64,000 nucleotides of DNA from contig SMSO01000035.1 in the NCBI GenBank assembly GCA_004764695.1, forward strand, positions 2,800,488 through 2,864,487, in the 5' to 3' direction. The position numbers and the translations under genes are program-made. A model generated the notes under the pieces. The model had not been told where the DNA came from. It did no database searches and saw nothing but the letters and a program-made list of their open reading frames with translations. The DNA is from Schizochytrium sp. TIO01. Taxonomy: Eukaryota; Protista; Bigyra: Labyrinthulomycetes. Below are positions 31,801-43,100 of the stretch, in pieces (the first letter of the stretch is position 1; each line of letters starts with the position of its first letter).

Positions 31801-34800
31801 TACTTGATAGAATAACGATGACCGCATCTAAAGATAGCTTCGCAAGTCTATGGAGACACAGAGAGAACCAGCAGAGGCAAAAGCAAAAGTTAGGATCTCC
31901 AAAATATCTCAACAACACAATTTGTGGAATGAATGATCACACGATCCCAAACAAAAAAACGCATGAACTTACCCATATATGCCATCTTGCTCACTCTTCG
32001 AGGCACAGAAATCGGTCTCTGATGAGGAGTAAATATCCTCTCCAGGAGAACACACCCTTTCGAACAATTCTTTAGGGGTTCCACGAAAGCTGTCATAGCT
32101 GCGTTTTGTAACGCATGTGAATACACGAATGAAAGAGAATAAGAGCGTTTGTTAGAAGCACGATTAACGCATCTAAAGACCGCCTCGCAAGTCCATAGAG
32201 ACATGGAGAGAACCATAGATGTAAAGGCTCTGCGAAAGCTAGGCCCAGCAGCAGAGGGAACGGAACTTACTAGATTTGAACAGAAGGACATGCTTTGTGC
32301 AGAGACTTCGCGACAGCCTTTGCGCCCTCATCGCCAATGTTGTTGTCGTCAAGACTGTGAGTATAAATGAATAAGTTTGTTTTGTTCATTCGTTGTCAGG
32401 AAAGACACGTCCGGTCAGTTGATCCTGTTTTGTTTTATTTTTCCTCACAATAAAAAGCAATCACCTCTTCTTCTTCTTCTGCTGCTGCTGCTGCTGCCTA
32501 TCAAATTATATTGATTTCCTTCTTCTCTTTGTAAAAAAGAAAAGACTTCTTTGCCTTTCTTTGCGTACCCAACTACGTAAACTACTTAGGTAGTGTACCA
32601 GCAGTACTACAAACACCAAGCACTAAAAAGAAAGAAAGAAAAAGCTTGGTCCTGACTATTACGATAGCTTTCCCTCGTGGATGATTCCACAAACGTACGA
32701 CAAAGTTTGAAGGTTCTTGCATCCCTCGAGTGCCTTTGCGACGGCCTTTGCGCCCTCCGAGCCAATGTTGTTGTTGTAAAGACTGTGAGTATAAATGAAT
32801 AAGTTTGTTTTGTTCATTCGTTGTCAGGAAAGACAGGTCCAGTCAGTTGGTCTTGTTTTGTTTTGTTTTTCCTCATAATAAAAAGCAATCAGCTCTTCTT
32901 CTTCTTCTGCTGCTGCTGCTGCTGCTGACTATCAAATTATATAGATTTCCTTCTTCTCTTTGTAAAAAAGAAAAGACTTCTTTGCCTTTCTTTGCGTACC
33001 CAACTACGTAAACTACTTAGGTAGTGTACCAGCAGTACTACAAACACCAAGCACTCAAAAGAAAGAAAAAAGCTTGGTCCTGACTATTACGATAGCTTTC
33101 CCTCGTGGATGATTCCACAAACGTACTTCAGAAAAGTAAGGTTCTTGCATCCCTCGAGTGCCTTTGCGACGGCCTTTGCGCCCTCTGAGCCAATGTTGTT
33201 GTTACGAAGACTGTGAGTATAAATGAATAAGTTTGTTTTGTTCATTCGTTGTCAGGAAAGACAGGTCCAGTCAGTTGATCCTGTTTTGTTTTGTTTTCCC
33301 TCACAATAAAAAGCAATCAGCTCTTCTTCTGCTGCTGCTGCTGCCTAGTATCAAATTATATAGATTTCCTTCTTCTCTTTGTAAAAAAGAAAAGACTTCT
33401 TTGCCTTTCTTTGCGTACCCAACTACGTAAACTACTTAGGTAGTGTACCAGCAGTACTACAAACACCAAGCACTAAAAAGAAAGAAAGAAAAAGCTTGGT
33501 CCTGACTATTACGATAGCTTTCCCTCGTGGATGATTCCACAAACGTACTGTAAAATTTGAAGGTTCTTGCATCCCTCGAGTGCCGTTGCGACGGCCTTTG
33601 CGCCCTCCGAGCCAATGTCGTTGTTATTAAGACTGTGGGTATAAATGAATAAGTTTGTTTTGTTCATTCATTGTCAAGAAAGACAGGTCCAGTCAGTTGA
33701 TCCTGTTTTGTTTTGTTTTTCCTCACAATAAAAAGCAATCACCTCTTCTTCTTCTGCTGCTGCTGCTGCCTATCAAATTATATAGATTTCCTTCTTCTCT
33801 TTGTAAAAAAGAAAAGACTTCTTTGCCTTTCTTTGCGTACCCAACTACGTAAACTACTTAGGTAGTGTACCAGCAGTACTACAAACACCAAGCACTAAAA
33901 AGAAAGAAAGAAAAAGCTTGGTCCTGACTATTACGATAGCTTTCCCTCGTGGATGATTCCACAAACGTACTCTAAAGTTTGAAGGTTCTTGCATCCCTCG
34001 AGTGCCTTTGCGACGGCCTTTGCGCCCTCTGAGCCAATGTTGTTCTCCTGAAGACTGTGAGTATAAATGAATAAGTTTGTTTTGTTCATTCGTTGTCAGG
34101 AAAGACAGGTCCAGTCAGTTGATCCTGTTTTGTTTTGTTTTTCCTCACAATAAAAAGCAATCAGCTCTTCTTCTTCTTCTGCTGCTGCTGCTGCTGCTGC
34201 CTATCAAATTATATAGATTTCCTTCTTCTCTTTGTAAAAAAGAAAAGACTTCTTTGCCTTTCTTTGCGTACCCAACTACGTAAACTACTTAGGTAGTGTA
34301 CCAGCAGTACTACAAACACCAAGCACTAAAAAGAAAGAAAGAAAAAGCTTGGTCCTGACTATTACGATAGCTTTCCCTCGTGGATGATTCCACAAACGTA
34401 CTTTAAAGTTTGAAGGTTCTTGCATCCCTCGAGTGCCTTTGCGACGGCCTTTGCGCCCTCATCGCCAATGTTGTTTTGATAAAGACTGTGAGTATAAATG
34501 AATAAGTTTGTTTTGTTCATTCGTTGTCAGGAAAGACAGGTCCAGTCAGTTGATCCTGTTTTGTTTTGTTTTTCCTCACAATAAAAAGCAATCAGCTCTT
34601 CTTCTGCTGCTGCTGCTGCCTATCAAATGATATAGATTTCCTTTTGCCCTTCCTTCTTCTCGTTCTAGAAAAAAGAAGAAAAGAGTTCTTTGCCTTTCTA
34701 AAGTACCCAGTCTACGTAAACTACGTAGGTAGTGTACCAGCAGTGCTTTCGTTTTGATTCCTTTCCCCTACTACAAACACCAACCACTCATAAGAAAGAA

Positions 34801-35192
34801 AGAAAAAGGTTGGTCCTGCATATTACGATAGCTTTCCCTCGTGGATGATTTCACAAACGTACTCTAAAGTTTGAAGGTTCTTGCATCCCTCGAGTGCCTT
34901 TGCGACAGCCTTTGCGACAGCCTTTGCGCCCTCATCGCCAATGTTGTGCCCACCAAGACTGTGTTTGTTTGTTTGTTTGTTTGTGAACAAGTGAGAGTAA
35001 GTATATGCCATTTCCAACTTGTTCATTAGTGCCACTACTAGTTCAAAACTATTCTTCTTCTACAAAGCTGACTGCTGCAACACATCGACGACGCGATGCC
35101 TCCTTCTTCTTTCTCCTCCTTTCTCCATCGTGCACTTACTATATCTCCGTCGTATCTCCTTTGATGTCCTTAATTCTACGTGCCGTAGTCAT
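28836..35192 (-). CDS. LRR - coiled-coil - protein kinase - RING/IBR (RBR-type E3-like) protein, spliced, about 1179 aa
   Basis: Minus-strand exons: 35192-35140 (MTTARRIKDIKGDTTEI); LRR exons 34958-34863 (96 nt), 34485-34402, 34054-33971, 33632-33549, 33210-33127, 32782-32699, 32354-32271; linker exons 32098-31973 and 31754-31683; terminal exon 31524-28836. All GT-AG, phase 2, 3540 nt in frame; the linker exons are less certain. Kinase motifs HCDIKPENIFL, IGDFD, TPRYVAPE, DMYSVG, DPGQRPT. RING CLVC...CRDC...CMKPEC. IBR/RING2 CPNC...GCCAVKC...CGHHFCAWC. Confidence 0.85.
32271..34958 (-). repeat. Tandem array of ~420-460-bp LRR exon+intron units (7 exons)
   Basis: Near-identical introns containing (CTT)n(CTG)n tracts. 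Exons encode LxxNNIGxEGAKAVAKALEGCKNLQTL. Confidence 0.95.
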
Positions 35193-35289
35193 CGTGTTGC
35201 AGCAGTGAGTGTCACCTTTGATGGATGGATTGATCAATAGCGTTGATTGACTTTGCTTGTCTTTGTCTTCGCTTTGCTTTGGCGCTCGA

Positions 35290-35331
35290 AAGAGAGAGAG
35301 AGAAAGAGAGAGAGAGAAAGAGAGAGAGAGT
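35290..35331. repeat. (GA)n microsatellite upstream of the LRR-kinase gene
   Basis: Seen directly. Confidence 0.85.
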
Positions 35332-36447
35332 AGTTTGAGTCTTTGCTCGCGCTGCTGATCAGGAACGGAGACTCCTGCTCTGTCTTCTTCTCCTTCTTCT
35401 TCTTCGCAGCAAGGAAGGAGGAACGGGCGGACTCCTCGCGATGCCTCGCAAGTGCTTCTGCAGACCAAGCCTCGCCCACGAGTAACGAACGCGTGGAGGG
35501 GTGTGACGCGCGAGAGGTCGCGGGGGCGTGGATATCGTGCGTGCGCGCTGCCTCGTGTTGCGGGTTTGCGAGGATGGCTGGCTTTGGCGAGAGTAGTAGG
35601 TTGCTGGGTATGATAGATGGTTGTATACGTAGGTTAAGCGCTGCTAGTGTTTTCGAAGGTCCGTTGAGTCAATTTTTTCCTGAGAGCGCAAGGTGTGAAA
35701 ATGGATTCTGCTCTTGAAGAAAGACGAGGAGGCGTTGTGCTTCTATCAAGTCACACACAATGCAGAACGTGGTAGGAAGGTCCTCCCTATCCATTTGTGA
35801 TCGTGTATGGGTGCTATTGTTTTGGTTTGATAATATATAGCATTGAGTAGGGTTTTGTTGAGCAGAAGGAGGTCGAGTTTCGATTGTCATGGCGTTTGTG
35901 TAACGAGTAGTAGGCAAGAAGAGGTCCTTGTTATCGGGGTCAATTTGACAAAAGAGCCAAAACTTGCAGTCTTTTCGTTGGTTTTGGTGAGGTCTTAAAG
36001 CGACGAAAACTCGTAACTGAGTCATACAAGAAATAAATTGCGGGTAGTTTCAGATAGTAATAGGTTTGTGATGCGATCTATGATAGATTATCTTTGAGAT
36101 CGGGAAAAGCTTGGGAGAGAATGGAGAGCAACTCGACAATTTTCGGATTTCAAAGATGTGTTGAGTTGCTTCACGGCTTCAACATGAAAAAAGCAGAGAA
36201 TTGCTTTCAACGATCAGAGCTACTGGCGGCTGCGACCAAAGGTGTGCCAGAAAGAAGGAAAGGAAAGTTTCAAAAGAGGAGAATCTTTGACCGAGAGTAG
36301 ATGCCTGATTGCCTTTCTTGCATTGCTTTTAATCCTCTTCGGGCAGGTTTTATTTCATAAAATTAATCTTTGATGTGTATTATATTGTGATATCAACCGT
36401 GGAGTTGCTTTCTTGTAGTGATAATAAAAAAAAATAAAGGGGTAAAA

Positions 36448-36566
36448 AACATTCAACACCGGGGCTTCGCATGCAGTCCCCTATCATACTACTGACCCGG
36501 CCCTACGCGACTTTACTTCTCAGTGCGAATGAGATGAGGTGTTACCCGCGTGGTATGATCGAATGT
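36448..36566 (-). rRNA. 5S rRNA
   Basis: Identical to the other two intact 5S copies. Confidence 0.95.
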
Positions 36567-37031
36567 GCTGAAGAGAGGGTGTATGATGGATTTAAAGGTA
36601 TCATTAATTTGATAGTCACTTACTTACTTTTTTGACGACTTAGGTGCAAGGTAGGTAGTATTAGGAGAGAGTGGAACCTCTGCAGCAAGCATCCCTGCAA
36701 AACATATTCTAGGAGTAGGCTTTAGGAAATAGGAATAGTCTTGAAAGAGCGAGAAAGAAAGGAGGTCAGCACATGCAGAACCCGAGGCTGAGTAGGCAAG
36801 GTTAGGTTCGTAATAGTAAAATATCCTTTCACTTCGAGAGCACTAAAAAACATCTCCTTCTTAGGGGAAACCATAGTAACTCAGTAAGTGCACAACTCTG
36901 TCATCGACTTGCAGCTTTACGTCCAGCAGGTTCGAAACCTTCTGCAACGACTGGGACTGTGCCACGAGCTTAGCTGAAAAGGCACACGCACGCGCTCGCT
37001 GGTAAAGGTATAGATCGTTACTTGCTGCGCG

Positions 37032-37115
37032 ATGTCAGATCACCCAGGTGTTGTCACTGCCCTTGAAAAGCTTCAGAATGGCGCTACAACTTTAGAGTAA
37101 GTTCACATCGTACTA

Positions 37116-37191
<76 letters not shown>

Positions 37192-40100
37192 ATTCAAAGA
37201 GGAAAATGAAAACACAACAAAGATGAAATCCTGAAAGCCAACTTAGATCACTCACGTCTATGCATGCATGCCATTATTGAATCAACTCGACAGTCTTTCT
37301 GAAAATAATATCGGCGACGAGGGCGCCAAGGCAGTGGCTGCGGCGCTGAAAGAGAACCGGTCGCTGACATCACTTGAGTAAGTTGTCTACGCAACACCGC
37401 AACTCGTGGACTAGTTTGTGCATGATGCTTGCTTTGTTGGTGTGTTGTTTTAGTCGGTGTTGTTTTGCAAGTTTATGCAATCGCTTGTTTGTTTGATGGA
37501 CGGATGAATTGTCTGTTTGACTGAGTATGCATCCATCGCACAAAGAGCAAAATGACAACACAACAAAGATGAAATTCTGAAAGCCAACCTAGATCACTCA
37601 CGTTCATGCATGCATGAGTGCATCTAATGCAATGTAATGTATTGCTTGCCACCATTCAATCAAATCGACAGTCTTTCTGCGAACAAAATCGGCGACGAGG
37701 GCGCCAAGGCAGTGGCTGCGGCGCTGAAAGAGAACCGGTCGCTGACATCACTCAAGTAAGTTATCTACGCAACACCGCAGCTAGTAGACTTGTTCATACA
37801 TGACGCTTGCTTTGCTGTTTGGTGGATGGCTTTGCACGGTGGGCTTTGCACGGTGTCACTTTGCAAGTTCATGCAACCTCTTGTTTGCTTGTTTGATGGA
37901 CGGATGAATTGTCTGTTTGACTGAGTATGCATCCATCGCACAAAGAGCAAAATAACAACACAACAAAGATGAAATTCTGAAAGCCAACCTAGATCACTCA
38001 CGTTCATGCATGCATGAGTGCATCTAATGCAATGTAATGTATTGCTTGCCACCATTCAATCAAATCGACAGTCTTTGTGCGAACAAAATCGGCGACGAGG
38101 GCGCCAAGGCAGTGGCTGCGGCGCTGAAAGAGAACCGGTCGCTGACATCACTCAAGTAAGTTGTCTACGCAACACCGCAGCTCATGGACTTGTTTGTACA
38201 TGATGCTTGCTTTGTTGGTGTATTGTTTTAGTCGGTGTTGCTTTGCAAGTTTATGCAATCGCTTGTTTGTTTGATGGACGGATGAATTGTCTGTTTGACT
38301 GAGTATGCATCCATCGCACAAAGAGCAAAATGACAACACAACAAAGATGAAATTCTGAAAGCCAACCTAGATCACTCACGTTCATGCATGCATGAGTGCA
38401 TCTAATGCAATGTAATGTATTGCTTACCATCATTCAATCAACTCGACAGTCTTTATCGGAATGATATCGACGACGAGGGCGCCAAGGCAGTGGCTGCGGC
38501 GCTGAAAGAGAACCGGTCGCTGACATCACTGTAGTAAGTTGTCTACGCAACACCGCAGCTGATGGACTTGTTTGTCATGATGTTTGCTTTGTTGTTTGGT
38601 GGGTGGCTTTGCACGGTGGGCTTTGCACGGTGTCACTTTGCAAGTTCATGCAACCTCTTGTTTGCTTGTTTGGTGGATGAATACGTGGCCTGTTTGACTG
38701 AGTATGCACCCATCGAACAAACGAGCAAAATGACAACACAACAAAGATGAAATTCTGAAAGCCAACCTAGATCACTCACGTTCATGCATGCATTTAATGC
38801 AATGTAATGTACTCCTTGCCATCATTCAATGAAATGAACAGTCTTTATGGCACCCAAATCGGCGACGAGGGCGCCAAGGCAGTGGCTGCGGCGCTGAAAG
38901 AGAATCCGTCGCTGGAGTCACTATAGTAAGTTGTCTACGCAACACCGCAGCTTATGGACTTGTTTGTACATGATGCTTGCTTTGCTGTTTGGTGGATGGC
39001 TTTGCACGGTGGGCTTTGCACGGTGTCACTTTGCAAGTTCATGCAACCTCTTGTTTGCTTGTTTGATGGATGAATACGTGGCTTGTTTGACTGAGTCTGC
39101 ACCCATCGAACAAACGAGCAAAATGACAACACAACAAAGATGAAATCCTGAAAGCCAACCTAGATCACTCACGTTCATGCATGCATTTAATGTAATGTAA
39201 TGTACTCCTTGCCATCATTCAATGAAATGAACAGTCTTTATGGCACCCAAATCGGCGACGAGGGCGCCAAGGCAGTGGCTGCGGCGCTGAAAGAGAATCG
39301 GTCGCTGGAGTCACTATAGTAAGTTGTCTACGCAACACCGCAGCTCATGGACTTGTTTGTACATGATGCTTGCTTTGCTGTTTGGTGGATGGCTTTGCAC
39401 GGTGGGCTTTGCACGGTGCCACTTTGCAAGTTCATGCAACCTCTTGTTTGCTTGTTTGGTGGATGAATACGTGGCTTGTTTGACTGAGTCTGCACCCATC
39501 GAACAAACGAGCAAAATGACAACACAACAAAGATGAAATTCTGAAAGCCAACCTAGATCACTCACGTCCATGCATGCATGCATCTGATGCACTGTATTGT
39601 ACTGCTTGCCATCATTCAATCAAATCGACAGTCTTTATAGCAACTATATCGGCTCAGAGGGCGCCAAGGCAGTGGGTGCGGCGCTGAAAGAGAACCGGTC
39701 GCTGACATCACTTGAGTAAGTTGTCTACGCAACACCGCAGCTCATGGACTTGTTTGTACGTGATGCTTGCTTTGCTGTTTGGTGGATGGCTTTGCACGGT
39801 GGGCTTTGCACGGTGTCACTTTGCAAGTTCATGCAACCTCTTGTTTGCTTGTTTGGTGGATGAATACGTGGCTTGTTTGACTGAGTCTGCACCCATCGAA
39901 CAAACGAGCAAAATGACAACACAACAAAGATGAAATTCTGAAAGCCAACCTAGATCACTCACGTCCATGCATGCATGCATCTGATGCACTGTATTGTACT
40001 GCTTGCCATCATTCAATCAAATCGACAGTCTTTATAGCAACTATATCGGCTCAGAGGGCGCCAAGGCAGTGGGTGCGGCGCTGAAAGAGAACCGGTCGCT

Positions 40101-43100
40101 GACATCACTTGAGTAAGTTGTCTACGCAACACCGCAGCTCATGGACTTGTTTGTACATGATGCTTGCTTTGTTGGTGTATTGTTTTGATCGGTGTTGTTT
40201 TGCAAGTTTATGCAATCGCTTGTTTGTTTGATGGAAGGGTAAGTTGTCTGTTTGACTGAGTATGCATCCATCAAACAAAGAGCAAAATGACAAAAAAAAT
40301 AGTTGGAATCCTGAAATCCAACCTAGATCACTCACGTCCATGCATGCATGCGTGTATCTAATGCAATGTAATGTGTAATGTATTGCTTGCCATCATTCAA
40401 TCAAATCGACAGTCTTTCGGGCAACCAGATCGGCTTAGAGGGCGCTAAGGCAGTGGCTGCGGCATTGAAAGAGAATCGGTCGCTGGAGTCACTTGCGTAA
40501 GTTGTCTTAGCAACACCACAGCTCATGGACTTGTTTGTACATGATGCTTGCTTTTGTTGGTGTATTGTTTTGATCGATGTTGTTTTGCAAGTTTATGCAA
40601 TCGCTTGTTTGTTTGATGGATGGATAAGTTGTCTGTTTGACTGAGTATGCATCCCTCGAACCATGAGTAAAACGATATCACAACAAAGATGAAATCCTGA
40701 AAGCAAACCTAGATCACTCACGTCCATGCATGCATGCGTGCATATAATGCAATGAAATGTATTGCTTGCCATCATTCAATCAAATCTACAGTCTTCGAGG
40801 GAACAAAATCGGCTCAGAGGGCGCCAAGGCAATGGCTGCAGCGTTGAAAGAGAATCGGTCGCTGACATTACTTGAGTAAGTTGTCTTAGCAACAGCGCAG
40901 CTCATGGACTTGTTTGTACACGATGCTTTCTTTGTTGGTGTGTTGTTTTGGTCAGTAGCTCACTCACTTCCATGCATGCATGCGTGCATCCAATGCAATG
41001 TAATGTATTGCTTGCCATCATTCAATCAAATCGGCAGTCTTTGGATCAACGATATCGGCTCAGAGGGTGCCAAGGCAGTGGCTGCAGCGTTGAAAGAGAA
41101 CCGGTCGCTGACATCACTTCAGTAAGTTGTCTTAGCAGCAGCGCCGCTCATGGACTTGTTTGTACATGATGCTTGCTTTGTTGGTGTATTGTTTTGATCG
41201 ATGTTGTTTTGCAAGTTTATCCAATCGCTTGTTTGTTTGATGGACGGAGAAGTTGTCTGTTTGACTGAGTATGCATCCATCAAACAAAGAGCAAAGTGAC
41301 AAAAAAAAATAGTTGGAATCCTGAAATCCAACCTAGATCACTCACGTCTACTGATGGATCCAATGCAATGTAATGTACTGCTTGCCATCATTCAATCAAA
41401 TCGACAGTCTTTCGGGCAATGAAATCTGCGAGGAGGGCGCCAAGGCAGTGGGTGCGGCTTTGAAAGAGAACTGGTCGCTGACATCACTCAAGTAAGTTGT
41501 CTTAGCAACAGCGCGGCTCATTGACTTGTTTGTACATAATTCTCGCTTCATTGGTGTATTGTTTTGATCGACGTTGTATTGCAAGTTTATGTAATCGTTT
41601 GTTTGTTTGATGGAAAAGGTAGTTGTCTGTTTGACTGAGTATCCATCCATCGAACGTACAGCAAAATGACAACACAACAAAGATGAAATCCTGAAAGCCA
41701 ACCTAGATCACTCACGTCCATGCATTCATGCGTGCATCTATTGTTATATGTAACGTGTAATGTATTGCTTGTCATCATTCAATCAAATCGACAGTCTTTA
41801 TATCAACAATATCGGCTCAGAGGGCGCCAAGGCAGTGGCTGCGGCGCTGAAAGAGAACCGGTCGCTGACATCACTTGAGTAAGTTGTCTACGCAACACCG
41901 CAGCTCGTGGACTTGTTTGTACATGATGCTTGGTTTGTTGTTTAGTGGGTGGGTCGGTGTTGTTTCGCAAGTTAATGCAATCGCTTGTTTGTTTGATGGA
42001 AGGATAAAGTGTCTGTTTGACTGAGTATGCATCCATCAAACGAAGAGCAAAATGACAAAAAAATTAGTTGAAATCCTGAAATCCAACCTAGATCACTCAC
42101 GTCCATGCATGCATGCATCTAATGCACTGTATTGTACTGCTTGCCATCATTCAATCAAATCGACAGTCTTTGTAGGAACAAAATCGGCTCAGAGGGCGCC
42201 AAGGCAGTGGGTGCGGCGCTGAAAGAGAACCGGTCGCTGACATCACTCACGTAAGTTGTGTACGCAACACCGCAGCTCATGGACTTGTTTGTACATGATG
42301 CTTGCTTTGTTGGTGTATTGTTTTGATCGATGTTGTTTTGCAAGTTTATCCAATCGCTTGTTTGTTTGATGGACGGAGAAGTTGTCTGTTTGACTGAGTA
42401 TGCATCCATCAAACAAAGAGCAAAGTGACAAAAAAAAATAGTTGGAATCCTGAAATCCAACCTAGATCACTCACGTCTACTGATGGATCCAATGCAATGT
42501 AATGTACTGCTTGCCATCATTCAATCAAATCGACAGTCTTTCGGGCAATGAAATCTGCGAGGAGGGCGCCAAGGCAGTGGGTGCGGCTTTGAAAGAGAAC
42601 TGGTCGCTGACATCACTCAAGTAAGTTGTCTTAGCAACAGCGCGGCTCATTGACTTGTTTGTACATAATTCTCGCTTCATTGGTGTATTGTTTTGATCGA
42701 CGTTGTATTGCAAGTTTATGTAATCGTTTGTTTGTTTGATGGAAAAGGTAGTTGTCTGTTTGACTGAGTATCCATCCATCGAACGTACAGCAAAATGACA
42801 ACACAACAAAGATGAAATCCTGAAAGCCAACCTAGATCACTCACGTCCATGCATTCATGCGTGCATCTATTGTTATATGTAACGTGTAATGTATTGCTTG
42901 TCATCATTCAATCAAATCGACAGTCTTTCTAACAACGATATCGGCTCAGAGGGCGCCAAGGCAGTGGCTGCGGCGCTGAAAGAGAACCGGTCGCTGACAT
43001 CACTTGAGTAAGTTGTCTACGCAACACCGCAGCTCGTGGACTTGTTTGTACATGATGCTTGGTTTGTTGTTTAGTGGGTGGGTCGGTGTTGTTTTGCAAG

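Noticed and set aside
32271-34958. Diversity-generating retroelement, suggested by AAC-rich variable codons
   Set aside because: Variation includes non-adenine and third positions (CGT, CAG, GGG, TAT), and no reverse transcriptase or template repeat is visible in the window.
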